Shown here piece after piece: positions 51,012-61,700 of a stretch of DNA of 64,000 nt. The stretch spans positions 352,001 to 416,000 of the forward strand of contig CAVZJB010000011.1 in NCBI GenBank assembly GCA_963775425.1, written 5' to 3'. Every line of letters starts with the position of its first letter. Positions within the stretch are counted from its first letter, which is position 1. Origin of the DNA: an uncultured delta proteobacterium. GTDB taxonomy: Bacteria > Myxococcota > UBA727 > VGSZ01. The notes beneath the pieces are model-generated. The model had not been told where the DNA came from. It saw only the letters and a list, made by a program, of their open reading frames with translations, and made no database searches. Made by a program: the position numbers and the translations under genes.

Positions 51012-53017
51012 TCGGCTTTCACGACGACCGGCTCGCGCTCGTGTTCTACGCGCCGTTGCTCGCGGCGCTCGTGGTGTTCGCGTTCGCGCGGGCGCCGTGG
51101 CTGTGGGCGCGCATCGTCGTCGCGTTCGCCGGCCAGGCCGTCGCGCTCATCGTCGCGCTGGCGTCGGCGCAGAAGATCCTCGTGCGCGGGGGCTTCGCCC
51201 TCGTCGACATCGACGGCTGGTCCGGCGCGCGCATCGACGGCGTGGACCCGCTCGGCCTCGTGCCCGCCATGCTCACGCCCGGCACCGCCCCGCTGCTCGT
51301 CGGCGTCGCGGTCGCCGGCCTGCTCGCGTTCTGGTTGCTCGTGCCCGCGGCGCTCGAGGCGCGCTCCTCGGCCCCCCTCGCCGCGGTGCTCTCGGCCACG
51401 GCGTTCACGGCGATGCTCGTGGTCGCGCGCCGCATCGAAGGCGTGTGCGCCGCGTTCGCCCTCGCGGGCCTCGCGGGCTTCGCGCTCCTGGTCTCCTTCC
51501 GCCCGGCGCGCACCGACGTCGAGGGCGCGCTCCGCGCGTTCCTCCTGCAGCGCGCCGGCGACGCGCTCCTCCTCGGCGCCGTCTTCATCGTCGGGGCCGG
51601 CGCCGGCGGGCTCGACCTCGAGAAGCTCCCCGAGAGCGCGCCCCTCATCGACCCGTGGACGCGCGCGGCCAGCGGCCCGCTGCAGGGCTTCCCCGCGAGC
51701 GACATCTGGCTCCTCGTCGCCGGCCTCGTCGTCGCTGCGGCGGCGACGCGGCTCGCGTTCGGCCCGCTCCTGCCCCTCGTGCGCGACGCCGTCGGCGTCC
51801 CGGGCCCCGCCGTCGGCCTCGCCCACGGCGCCTGCTTCGTCGGCGCGGGCCTCATCCTGCTCGTGCGCACGACGCCCATCCTCTGGCTCGCGCCCGGCGC
51901 GCTCGCCGCCCTCGGCTGGATCGCGGCGGCGTCCACCGTCGTCGCCGGCCTCGTCGCGCTCGCCGGCCGGGACCTGGTGCGCATCGACGTGCACCTGCTG
52001 TGCGGCTTCGGCGCGCTGGCCGCGTTCGCGCTCGGCTGCGCCGACCTCGGCACCGCCGGGCTCGCGGTCACCGCGCTGCTCGTCGCAGCGGTGCCGCTCT
52101 GCGCCACCACGGGCGTCGTCGTCGACGCCACCGGCCGCGCCGACCCCCACGGGCTCGGCGGCCTCGAGAAGTCGTTGCCGCGCACGCACACCGCGCGCCT
52201 GCTCACCACCGGCGGGCTCTTCGGGGCGCTGCCGCTGTTCGCAGGCGGCGCGATCGTCGCGCAGTCTTTGGCGCGCGCGCTCTTTTCGCCGTGGCTCGGG
52301 CCGTGGGCCGGCGGGCTCGTCGTCGCCGGCGCCGCCGTCCTCGCGCTCGCGGCGTTCCGTCCGCTGCACCTGGTGTTCACCGGCTCCGGCGAACGCGAGC
52401 CGCTGTCGCGGACGGCCGTGGAGCCCCGCTTGCTGCGAACGCTGCCGCCGCTCCTCGTGGCGCTGCCGCTGCTCGGCGCAGGCTTCCTCCACATCCCCGA
52501 CGGCGTGCTCGCGATGCTGCCCGTGCGCGTCAGCTACATCTCGCCGGCGGGGTCCCTGTGGCTGCCCGAGCGGGCCGTGCTCCACCCGCTGCGCGAGCAC
52601 GTCCTCGCCGCGTGGCGGCCGCCGCACACGGGGCCCGTCACCGTCGCGCTCGTCGCCTTCGCCGCCTTGACCGCCGCGTGGCTCGTGTCGGTGGCGCTCT
52701 ACAAAAACGGCCCGCGCAAAGCCCACGGCAAGCTCTTCGGCGGCGCGCGCAGGCAGAGGGTCGTCGCCCTCCTCGCCAACCTCGCCGGCCGCGAGAGCCA
52801 GGTGGCCAAGGGGGTCGGCGAGAGCGCGGCGCGGCTGTCGCGCCTGATCGCCACCAACCTCGCCCCGGGCGTGCTCGACACGTTCCTGCGCCGCATCCCC
52901 GCGTTGCTCGGCGTGGTCGCCGGCGCCGTCGTCCGCTTCGTGGCCAACGGCAGCGCCCAGCGCGGCGTCGTCGTCGCGCTGCTCGTGCTCGCGGTGCTCC
53001 TGTGGGTGCTGCGATGA
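51008..53017 (+). CDS. nuoL: NuoL/MrpA-like antiporter subunit (divergent)
   Basis: RAFLLQRAGD, DAVGVPGPAVGLAHGACFVGAG, LGGLEKSLP, FRPLHLVFTG, ANGSAQR. Confidence 0.75.
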   Translation: MIGFHDDRLALVFYAPLLAALVVFAFARAPWLWARIVVAFAGQAVALIVALASAQKILVRGGFALVDIDGWSGARIDGVDPLGLVPAMLTPGTAPLLVGVAVAGLLAFWLLVPAALEARSSAPLAAVLSATAFTAMLVVARRIEGVCAAFALAGLAGFALLVSFRPARTDVEGALRAFLLQRAGDALLLGAVFIVGAGAGGLDLEKLPESAPLIDPWTRAASGPLQGFPASDIWLLVAGLVVAAAATRLAFGPLLPLVRDAVGVPGPAVGLAHGACFVGAGLILLVRTTPILWLAPGALAALGWIAAASTVVAGLVALAGRDLVRIDVHLLCGFGALAAFALGCADLGTAGLAVTALLVAAVPLCATTGVVVDATGRADPHGLGGLEKSLPRTHTARLLTTGGLFGALPLFAGGAIVAQSLARALFSPWLGPWAGGLVVAGAAVLALAAFRPLHLVFTGSGEREPLSRTAVEPRLLRTLPPLLVALPLLGAGFLHIPDGVLAMLPVRVSYISPAGSLWLPERAVLHPLREHVLAAWRPPHTGPVTVALVAFAALTAAWLVSVALYKNGPRKAHGKLFGGARRQRVVALLANLAGRESQVAKGVGESAARLSRLIATNLAPGVLDTFLRRIPALLGVVAGAVVRFVANGSAQRGVVVALLVLAVLLWVLR

Positions 53018-53166
53018 GCGGCGCCGCCCCCGGGTCCGCGACCCGCCCCGTCGACGCGCGCGCCGTGGCTCGCGCGGTATCTCCCGCCGTGCCTCCGGCC
53101 GTGTCTCCCGCCGTGCCTCCGGCCGTGTCTCCCGCCGTGCCTCCGGCCGGAGGGCCGCCCTCGTGA
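53014..53166 (+). CDS. 50-aa mini-ORF bridging nuoL and nuoM
   Basis: ATG overlaps nuoL TGA; its TGA overlaps nuoM GTG; contains (VSPAVPPA)x3. Confidence 0.35.
   Translation: MSGAAPGSATRPVDARAVARAVSPAVPPAVSPAVPPAVSPAVPPAGGPPS
53077..53148. repeat. 24-bp tandem repeat x3
   Basis: gt(a/g)tctcccgccgtgcctccggcc. Confidence 0.92.
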
Positions 53167-54785
53167 TCCCCGGCCTCCCCGATCCCTGGATGCTGCTCGT
53201 CGTCGCGGCGCTCCCCGTGGCGGGCGCGCTGTTCGCGCTCGTGATGCCCGGGGGCGACCGGCTCGCGCTGCGCTACGCGGGCATGGGCACGTCCGTCGCC
53301 GCGGGCATCGCGGGGCTGCGCGCCGCGTTCCTCGCCGTCAGCGCGCCCGTCGCCCTCGACGTCGGCGGCGTCCGCCTCTCTCTCGACGGCCTCTCCGCGC
53401 CGCTGTTGCTCTCGCTCGTGGTCGCCGCGCCCATCGCGCTGCGCTCGGGCGCGCCGCGCATCTTCGAGCGCACGCAGTTCTACGTCGTCACCGTGCTGTT
53501 CGCCGAGGGGCTCCTCGCCGCGGCCATCGTCGTCGACGCGCCGCTTTTGCGCCTCGCCGCGGCCAGCATCGCGGCGGTGCCGCTGTTCGCGCTCGTGGCG
53601 TTGTTCGGCGGGCCGCAGCGGGGGAGCACCACGCTGTCGGCGGCGATGATCTGGCTCTTCGTCGACATCGTGGCGCTCGCGGTGGTGGCGTGGCTGGCGG
53701 CGCGCGCCGGCGTCGACGCGTCGCGCGCGAGCGTCACCGACCTCGCCACGGCGGCGCGCGCGCTCCCGCACTGGCTGTCGCCCTGGATCTTCCTCGCGCT
53801 GGTGGCGCCGGGGCTCGTGCGGCTCGCGGCGGGGCCGTTCTCCGTGTGGCTCGCGTCGTTCCTCGACGAGGCGCCGGTGAGCGCGGCGGTGCTCGCGGCG
53901 TGCGGCGCGGCGCCGCTGGGCGTGCAGATCACGCTGCGCATCGCGGTGCCCACGTGTCCGCAGGGGCTGCTGGCGGTGCTCCCGTGGATCGCGGGCATCG
54001 GCGCGCTCTCGGTGGTGCTGTCGGGGATCATCGCGCTCGGCGAGCGCGACCTGCGACGCTTGCTCGCGCAGCTCCTGCAGGCGGCGGGGGCGACGTCGGC
54101 GGTGGCGCTCCTGAGCCTGGGCGACGACGCCGTCGCCGCGGGCGCGGTGCACGTCGTCGTCACCGGCGCCGCGGCCACGCTCGCGCTGACGTCGGTGGAG
54201 GCCGCCGAGCGGCGCTTCGAGACGCGTGACGTCGTCGAGCTCGCGGGGCTCGGCGGCGCGACGCAGCTCCTCGCCGCGTTCTTGATGCTCGGCCTCGTGA
54301 TGCTCGTGGGCCTGCCGGCCGTGGGCGCGGGGACGACGCTGTGGGCGGTGGCGTCGTCGGTGACGCGCGCGCCCGGGCTTTCGGCGTCGGGCGTGCAGCC
54401 GCTCTCGTCGGCGTGGCTGGCGGCGGCGCTCGCCGGCGGCACCGTGCTCGGCGCCGCGGGTGTCGCGGCCGCGGCCCGTCGCATCCTCGCCCCGCCGCCG
54501 CGCCGGTCGCGCCGCGCGCGTCCCCTCGAGCGGCTCACGGCGGGGCAGTCGGCGCGCCTCTTCGTCCCGGCGATCGTCGCCGTCGCAGCGGGCCTCGCCG
54601 CCGGCGTCCTCCTCGACGGCGCCCGTGGCAGCGCCGCCGCGCTCGCCGCCGAGGCGCGCGCGGGCGCCGGCGTCCACGTCGTCGACACCCCCCCGTTCGC
54701 GCCCCCCTCGAGCGCGCCCGCGGACGCGTCATCGGGATCGTCGTCGGACGCGTCGTCGGGATCGTCGCCGGGGGCCGCGCGATGA
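53163..54785 (+). CDS. nuoM: NuoM-like antiporter subunit (divergent)
   Basis: LSLDGLSAPL, LFGGPQR, PFSVWL...EAP, DLRRLLA, ERRFETRD...LAGL, VGLP. Confidence 0.75.
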   Translation: MIPGLPDPWMLLVVAALPVAGALFALVMPGGDRLALRYAGMGTSVAAGIAGLRAAFLAVSAPVALDVGGVRLSLDGLSAPLLLSLVVAAPIALRSGAPRIFERTQFYVVTVLFAEGLLAAAIVVDAPLLRLAAASIAAVPLFALVALFGGPQRGSTTLSAAMIWLFVDIVALAVVAWLAARAGVDASRASVTDLATAARALPHWLSPWIFLALVAPGLVRLAAGPFSVWLASFLDEAPVSAAVLAACGAAPLGVQITLRIAVPTCPQGLLAVLPWIAGIGALSVVLSGIIALGERDLRRLLAQLLQAAGATSAVALLSLGDDAVAAGAVHVVVTGAAATLALTSVEAAERRFETRDVVELAGLGGATQLLAAFLMLGLVMLVGLPAVGAGTTLWAVASSVTRAPGLSASGVQPLSSAWLAAALAGGTVLGAAGVAAAARRILAPPPRRSRRARPLERLTAGQSARLFVPAIVAVAAGLAAGVLLDGARGSAAALAAEARAGAGVHVVDTPPFAPPSSAPADASSGSSSDASSGSSPGAAR

Positions 54786-56251
54786 CGCCGACGACGCTCC
54801 AGGCGATCTTCGCGCCGGCGATGTGGCTCGGCGCCGCGCTCCTGTGCCTGCTGTTCGAGGCCGCGGGGACCCCCGTGGGGGCGCGCAAGCGCGGGGCGCG
54901 CACGCACCTCGCGTGGATCATCGGCCTCACCGGGGGCGTCATCGTCGTCCACGCGCTCACCAGCTGGGCCGCGGCGGCCACGCCCGCGTCGAGCGCCACC
55001 GGGCTCATTCACGACCGCGGCGGCCTCCTCGCCTCCGCGGGGATCGCGCTCCTCGTGATCGCCGCGCACACCGCGGCGGTCCCCGGTCTGCGCGGGATGG
55101 GCGAGGAGCGCGGCGAGATGAGCGCCGCCTTCGCCGCCGTCGGCGCCGGCTTCAGCCTCGTGGTCATCTCCGCAAACCTCCTGTCCTTCGCAGCCGGGCT
55201 CGTCCTCGTCGTCGCCGCCGTCTCTTTGGTGGCCGCGCCCGATCGCGACGGTCCCCACGGGATCGAGGCGGCCACCAAGGCCGTCGTCGGCGCCGGCCTC
55301 ACCTTCGCGCTCTTGTCGCTCGCGCTCGTCTTCGTCTTCACCGCCGCCGGCGACGCGAGCCCCGCGGGCCTCGGCCGCGCCTTGCAGACCGACGCGTCGC
55401 TCGCGCTGCCCGCCGTGGTCCTCGTCGTCGTCGTGTTCGCCCTCATGCTCGGCACGGTGCCGCTGCACCAGAAGTTCGTCGACGTCGCCCACGGCGCCTC
55501 CGCGGCGTCCTCCGGCCTCCTCGCCGGCGGCGCGCTCCTCGCCGGCGGCTGCGCCGCGCTCCGCTTCGTCGACGGCATCGCGCTCGCGGGCCCGCGCCCC
55601 GAGCTCGCCCAGGGCTTCGCCGTCCTCGCCGCGCTCACGCTCATCGGCGCGCCCATCGCGTCCCTCGACCAGACGCGCATCGCCCGCGTGGTCGCCTACG
55701 TCGTCGTCGTGCCCGGCGGCCTCGTGCTCGCGGCGGCGGCGGCGCAGACGGCGGACCCGTCGGGCGCGGTGGCGGCGTGGCGCGCGGGGACCGCCGCCGC
55801 GCTCACGGGCGCGCTCGGCGCCTCGGCCGCGCTCCTCGGGATCCTCGTGCCGCAGCTCGACCCCTCGTCGACGTGGGAGGACTGGGCGGGCTTCGGCCGT
55901 CGCCGCCCGGTGATGGCCGCGCTCCTCGTCTACGCCGTGGCCACCGCCGCCGGCGTCCCCGGCACCGCGGGCTTCGTCGCCCGCCTCGAGGTCGCCCGCG
56001 CGTGCGTCGACGCCCACCTCGACGCCCTCGCGCTCATCGCGGTGGCGAGCGCCGCCATCGGCGCCGCGCCCCTCGTGCGCCTCGCGCTCTTCCTGTTCGC
56101 CAAGCACCAGCCGCCGGCGAAGAAGAAGGAGCCGCCGCGCATCCGCCGGCCGCTCTTGATGGTGTCGTTCACGCTGCTGGTGGTGCTCGCCGCGGTGATC
56201 GCCATCGCGCCTTGGCTGCTCGACGGCGTGCTCGAGGCCGCGCGCCGCTGA
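54782..56251 (+). CDS. nuoN: NuoN-like antiporter subunit (divergent)
   Basis: RGE, EAATK, VPLH...DVAHGA, AGFGRRRP, AGVPGTAGF. Confidence 0.78.
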   Translation: MTPTTLQAIFAPAMWLGAALLCLLFEAAGTPVGARKRGARTHLAWIIGLTGGVIVVHALTSWAAAATPASSATGLIHDRGGLLASAGIALLVIAAHTAAVPGLRGMGEERGEMSAAFAAVGAGFSLVVISANLLSFAAGLVLVVAAVSLVAAPDRDGPHGIEAATKAVVGAGLTFALLSLALVFVFTAAGDASPAGLGRALQTDASLALPAVVLVVVVFALMLGTVPLHQKFVDVAHGASAASSGLLAGGALLAGGCAALRFVDGIALAGPRPELAQGFAVLAALTLIGAPIASLDQTRIARVVAYVVVVPGGLVLAAAAAQTADPSGAVAAWRAGTAAALTGALGASAALLGILVPQLDPSSTWEDWAGFGRRRPVMAALLVYAVATAAGVPGTAGFVARLEVARACVDAHLDALALIAVASAAIGAAPLVRLALFLFAKHQPPAKKKEPPRIRRPLLMVSFTLLVVLAAVIAIAPWLLDGVLEAARR

Positions 56252-56284
56252 CCAGCGCCCGGAGGGAGCGGCCGCGCTCGATCA
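56247..56284. repeat. Dispersed copy of the 29-bp repeat at 25615
   Basis: gctgaccagcgcccggagggagcggccgc (2 mismatches to the unit) plus the start of a second unit; lies between convergent stop codons. Confidence 0.8.
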
Positions 56285-56662
56285 CGCGCACAGGCGGGAG
56301 ACGGCGTCGACGACCGCGCCCGCGCCGGCGCCCTTGCCGAGGACGCAGGCGCAGCCGACGTCGACGGCGAGCACGTTGAGCTCGTCGCCCGGGTGCTCGG
56401 TGTAGATGACGACGGGGATGCGCTGCGTCTGCGGGTCGGACTTGAGGCGGGCGGCGGCGGCGAGGCCGTCGAGGCGGGGCATCGCGAGGTCCATGATGAT
56501 GACGTCGGGGTGGCGCTCGAGCGCGGCCTTCACGCCGGCGGCGCCGTCGAGCGCCACGGTCACGGCGAAGCCGGCGTCGGCGAGCGCCGCGAACAAGCCG
56601 TCCACGGACTCCGGGAAGTCGTCGACGACGAGCACGAGCTTGACCGTGGACCCGCCCTGCAT
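56282..56662 (-). CDS. Single-domain response regulator (receiver)
   Basis: VLVVDD, PDVIIMDLAMPRLDG, IPVVIYT, conserved K. Confidence 0.9.
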   Translation of the reverse strand: MQGGSTVKLVLVVDDFPESVDGLFAALADAGFAVTVALDGAAGVKAALERHPDVIIMDLAMPRLDGLAAAARLKSDPQTQRIPVVIYTEHPGDELNVLAVDVGCACVLGKGAGAGAVVDAVSRLCA

Positions 56663-56752
56663 CCCCCGAGGGTAGGGGGGCCGCAGGGGGAGATCGAGGT
56701 TGCCCCGGCGAGTGGCTCGGACTAGACCAAGACCGATTTTCCGAGGTTCTCC

Positions 56753-57016
56753 ATGGCCCGTGTCACCGTCGAAGACTGCCTTACCGAGCTCGACAACCGC
56801 TTCGCGCTCGTGCTCCTCGCCACCGGCCGCACCCGGCAGCTCATGAAGGGCAGCCGCTCGCTGGTGGAGAACCAGAAGAACAAGGAGCCGGTGGTGGCCC
56901 TCCGCGAGATCGCCGCGGGCAAGGTGCGCTTCGATCGCCCCGTGAGGAGCGTGCTCGCCAAGCGCCTGAGCGAGCTGCAGGCCGAGTACGAGGCCGCGCA
57001 CGGGATGCCCATCTAA
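56753..57016 (+). CDS. rpoZ: RNA polymerase omega subunit
   Basis: [10 protein letters not shown]...NRFALV...RQL...[13 protein letters not shown]. Confidence 0.97.
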   Translation: MARVTVEDCLTELDNRFALVLLATGRTRQLMKGSRSLVENQKNKEPVVALREIAAGKVRFDRPVRSVLAKRLSELQAEYEAAHGMPI

Positions 57017-57019
57017 GCG

Positions 57020-57829
57020 TTGCACCCGAAGCAGCAGCTCGAGGGCACCGGGATCCGGCCGAAGAAGTCCTTCGGCCAGAACTTCCTCGCCGACGACGTC
57101 CACCTCCAAAAGATCGCCCGGCTCGCCGTCGCCCGCGCGAAGGACGACGCGCGCACCATCGTCGAGATGGGCGCGGGCCTGGGCGCGCTGACGGCGCACC
57201 TGTTGGCGTTGGGCGCCACGGTGCACGCCGTGGAGCGAGACCGCGAGCTCGTGCCCCTGCTGCGGGCCCGCTTCGACGGCGCCGCGGGCCTGACGGTCCA
57301 CGAGGACAACGCCCTCACGTTCCCGCTCGAGGTCATCGCCGGCGGCGGCGCGCTCGCGGGGAACCTGCCGTACCACCACGCCGCGCAGCTCGCCGGGCGC
57401 GCGCTGTCGGCGTGGCCGCGCATCGGGGGCGCGTGCTTCCTGGTGCAGCTCGAGGTCGGCGAACGGATGGCGGCGTCGCCGGGGACCAAAGAGTACGGCT
57501 CGCTGACGGTGGCGCTGCAGTCGCGCTTCGACGTCTCGCTCGCGCACACCGTGCCGAAGGGTGCCTTCTGGCCGGTGCCCGACGTCGACGGCGGCGTCGT
57601 CGTCATGGACGCGCTCGCGTCGCCTCGCGGGGCGCCGCATGAGCTGGCCCGCCTCGAGGAGCTCGTGCGCGCGGCGTTTCAGCAGCGGCGAAAGACGGTG
57701 CGCAACGGCCTGAAAGGCGTCTTCGGGGCGGGCGTCGACGACGCTCTCGCCGCCGCGGGCATCGCGCCGCAGGCGCGCCCCGAGGACATCGATGTGGCTT
57801 CCTGGGGCCGGCTCGCGGCGCTGCCCTGA
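57020..57829 (+). CDS. rsmA: 16S rRNA m6,2A dimethyltransferase RsmA/KsgA
   Basis: PKKSFGQNFL, VEMGAGLGALT, GNLPY, YGSLTV, FWPVPDVD, AFQQRRKT. Confidence 0.95.
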   Translation: MHPKQQLEGTGIRPKKSFGQNFLADDVHLQKIARLAVARAKDDARTIVEMGAGLGALTAHLLALGATVHAVERDRELVPLLRARFDGAAGLTVHEDNALTFPLEVIAGGGALAGNLPYHHAAQLAGRALSAWPRIGGACFLVQLEVGERMAASPGTKEYGSLTVALQSRFDVSLAHTVPKGAFWPVPDVDGGVVVMDALASPRGAPHELARLEELVRAAFQQRRKTVRNGLKGVFGAGVDDALAAAGIAPQARPEDIDVASWGRLAALP

Positions 57830-57865
57830 GGCGGGTCGCAGCCTCAGGGAATGCTACATGGGGGG

Positions 57866-58699
57866 ATGCCCGAGGGCCCCGAGGTCGAGACCGTCCGAAG
57901 CACGCTCGCCCCGCTGCTGGTCGGCCGCACCCTGGGCCGCGCCGTCGTCGGCCGCCGGGCGCTGCGCACGCCCGTGACCAGCCGCGTGCTCGGCAGGCTC
58001 CGCGGAAGGCGCGTCATCGACGTCGACAGGCACGGCAAGGCGCTGTTCATCGTGCTCGACCAGGGCGGCCTCCTGGTGCGCCTTGGCATGACGGGCAGGC
58101 TCCTCGTCGTCGACGACGGCGCCGCGCTCCACCCGCACACCCACGTTCGCATCGCCCTCGATCCGGGCGAGCTCCGCTACGTCGACGTCCGTCGCTTCGG
58201 CGAGGTGGTCCCCTACAAGGACGCCGCCGCCCGCGCGGCCCTCACCGCGGGCATGGGCCCCGACGCCCTCAGCCTCGACGCCGGCGGCCGCGCCCGCGTG
58301 CGCGCCGGCCTCCGGAAGACCACCAGGGCCCTCAAGGACGCGCTGCTCGACCAGGGGCTCCTCGCCGGCGTCGGCAACATCTACGCGGCCGAGATCCTCT
58401 GGACGGCGCGCCTGTCCCCGTGGCGGGCCGCGCACACCCTCGACGACGGCGAGGCGGCCCGGCTGCTCGACGCCACAACGGGCGTCCTCGCCCAGGCGGT
58501 GAAGCGGCGCGGGACGAGCTTCTCCGACTACGTCGACGCCACCGGCGCCCCCGGCGACAACGCCGCCCACCTCGCGGTCTTCCAGCGCGAGGGGGAGCCG
58601 TGCCCCGCCTGTGGCCGGCCCGTCAAGCGGGCGGTACAGGGGGCCCGGAGCACGTTCTATTGCGCGGCGTGTCAGCGTGCCCGCCCGCGTCGTTGTTGA
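57866..58699 (+). CDS. mutM: Formamidopyrimidine-DNA glycosylase
   Basis: MPEGPEVE, LGMTG, DVRRFG, LLDQ...GVGNIYA, CPAC...CAACQ. Confidence 0.96.
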   Translation: MPEGPEVETVRSTLAPLLVGRTLGRAVVGRRALRTPVTSRVLGRLRGRRVIDVDRHGKALFIVLDQGGLLVRLGMTGRLLVVDDGAALHPHTHVRIALDPGELRYVDVRRFGEVVPYKDAAARAALTAGMGPDALSLDAGGRARVRAGLRKTTRALKDALLDQGLLAGVGNIYAAEILWTARLSPWRAAHTLDDGEAARLLDATTGVLAQAVKRRGTSFSDYVDATGAPGDNAAHLAVFQREGEPCPACGRPVKRAVQGARSTFYCAACQRARPRRC

Positions 58700-58718
58700 G
58701 CTAACCTGCGACCCTTCG

Positions 58719-61700
58719 ATGAGCTTGGTGTTCGGCAAATACGAGAAGATTCGGCGCATCGCCCAGGGCGGCATGGGGGAGGTCTTCCTCGCGCGCCAGA
58801 CCGGCGTGCTCGACCGCCTCGCCATCCTCAAGAGCCTGCGCGCGGACCTGGCGCAGGAGCACGAGTTCGTCGAGCAGTTCCTCGACGAGGCGCGGGTGGC
58901 GGCCACGCTCAACCACCCGAACATCGTCAGCATCTACGACGTCGGCGAGACCGGCGGCACCTACTACATCGCCATGGAGTACGTGCCCGGCGAGGACCTC
59001 TCCAAGCTGTGGTACGCGGCGGCCAAGGCGGGCGTGGGCCTGCCGTTCCAGGTGTCGGTGCGGGTCTGCTTCGAGGCCGCGCTCGGGCTCGACCACGCGC
59101 ACAAGGCCAAGGACGTCCGCGGAAACCCGCTCAACATCGTCCACCGCGACGTGAGCCCGCAGAACATCATGGTCCGCGGCGACGGCGTGGTGAAGCTCGT
59201 GGACTTCGGCATCGCCAAGGCCGCCAACAAGTCCTCGCGCACGCAGACGGGGATGGTGAAGGGCAAGCTGCAGTACATGTCGCCGGAGCAGGTGCGCGGC
59301 GAGGCCCTCGACGGGCGCAGCGATCGAATTCTCGCTCGGCGTCGTGCTGTGGGAGATGTGCACGGGGCGCCGGCTGTTCAAGGCCGACACCGAGATCAAC
59401 ACGCTGCAGAAGATCCTGCAGTCGCCCATCCCCAAGCCGTCGGAGCACGTGCCCGGCTTCCCGCCGGAGCTCGAGGCCACCATCCTGCGTATGCTCCAGC
59501 GCGACGTCGACAAGCGCTTCAAGAACCTCGGCGAGGTCGCCGCGGACCTCAAGGGCTACCTCGACCGCGCGTCGCTGTCGTCGGGGGAGACCACCGTCGC
59601 GGGCTTCGTGCAGCAGATCCTCGGGCCCGAGCTCGAGGAGCGCATCCGCGACCTCACGCCCATGGAGCCCACCGAGCACGCGGCGCCCTACCCGCAGCCC
59701 AACGAGCGCACGGGCAAGCAGAAGGCGCAGACGTCGCCGGCGATGCAGGCGCAGGTGGCGCCCAACGACGGCCCCACCGCCATCGTCGCCGAGGACGACC
59801 TCGGGCGCATGTCCAAGGGGCCGCAGGGCGAGTGGGCGGTGCGCAAGGTGGACGGCAAGGTGATGCACTTCACCGAGATGTCCACGCTGCACCAGTGGAT
59901 CCTCGACGGTCACGTCGCCGGCGACGACTCGTTCTCCACCGACGGCAAGACGTGGCGCAAGGTGTCCACGGCCGCGCAGTTCCAGAAGTTCCTCGAGATC
60001 GCCGTCGCCGCCAAGCAGGTGGCGCAGAAGACGGGCTCGCGCCCCGCTGCCGACGTCGACAACCCCTCCACGCTGCCGCTCGTGATCCCGCCCGCGGGCG
60101 CGGGGGACCCGGTCACCGAGTACTCGCTCGGCGAGCTGCCGGCGTCAAAGACCGGGACCTGGGGCGCGCCGGAGATCGCGCTCGTCGTGGCGCAGGCGCG
60201 GGAGCGCGAGGCGCAGGCGGCGGAGAAGGCGGAGAAGGCGGCGCCGCCTCCCGACGGGCTCACGCCCACCACGCGCGCCGGCAACGACGCCGCCGCGGCC
60301 GTCGTGCTCGAGCGCCCGACGGCGCCGCCGCGCGCCGCGCGCGTGCCCACCATCGTGTGGATGCTCGGCGGCATCGTGGTGGCCCTCGCGCTCGTCGTCG
60401 GCGGGCTCGCCGCGTTCGATCCGGGCTTGCTCGTGGCGCTCGTCGGCAACACGCCCGACGACGGCGAGGTCAGACAGGCGCTCACCGCCGCCCGCACCGA
60501 CGACCCGCAGGCGCTCGACGCGCTCTTGAAGCGCGCCGACACCGCGGTGAAGGCGGCGTCGCCGTCGGCGGACACGCTCGCCGCCGCGGCCATCCTGCAT
60601 GTCGCGCGCGCGCGCACCGACGACGACACCGTTCGCATCGCCGCGATGCTCACGGCGCTCAAGGACGATGGCCCGCCCGTGTCCACCAAGAGCCCCGACG
60701 CGCACCTCGAAGCCGCCTACAAGCTCGCGACCAACGCGCTCGCGCCCGCCGACGGCGAGAAGGGCACCGCGGGCGCACAGCTCGCGATGGCGAAGTACCA
60801 CGCGGAGAAGGGCGCGCTCACGGAGCTGAACGCCGACGCCGACGCCGCGCTCGCCGCCGCCAAGGGAAAGCCGTTGGAGCCCGTCGTCACCGCGGAGCTC
60901 GCCGTCATCCGCGCGCTGCTCGACGGCCGCACCGCGCTCGCCTCCACCGACGCCGCCGCCGTGCGCGCCGCGGCGGTGAAGGTCGGCGCGCTCAACGAGC
61001 CGCGCGCGCGCGTGCTCACGGCCATGCTCCACGCCCGCGCCGCCGCCGTCGCCGACGACGATCAGGCCAAGGCGGACCTCGCCGCCGTGCAGAGCGAGGC
61101 GCAGCTCCTCACCGAGAGCGCCGCGGGCGATCCGCGGCCGGCGCTGCTCGCGCGCCTGGCCAAGCGGCTCGACAAGGTCCTCGCCGACAAGGCGAAGGAC
61201 AAGACCGACAAGACGGACAAGACGGACAAGACGGGCAAGACCGACAAGACGGACAAGACGGACAAGACGGACAAGACGGGCAAGACCGACAAGACGGACA
61301 AGACCGACAAGACCGACAAGAAGGCCGACGTCGCCGCCGCCGTCGACGCGGGGCCGCCGCCGCCGCCGCCGCCGGAGACGTTCGAGAGCGCGATGGAGAA
61401 GGCCAAGCACGCGCAGCGGCGCGGCTCCCCCAAGTCGGCCGCGTATTGGGCCAAGAAGGCGCTCGAGCTCAAGCCCGGCGCCGTCGAGGCCGAGATCGTC
61501 ATCGGTTACTCGTACATCGACGGCGGCGTCCCCGGCAGCGCGCGCGACGTCTTCAAGAAGATCCTCGCCAAGGACCCGAGGAACTGCGCGGCGAGCTTCG
61601 GCGTCGCCAAGGCCGACGAGGACGACGGCAAGACCACCGACGCGCGCAACGGCTATCTCAACTTCGTGGAGCTCTGTCCCGACGACAAAGACGCCGGTCT

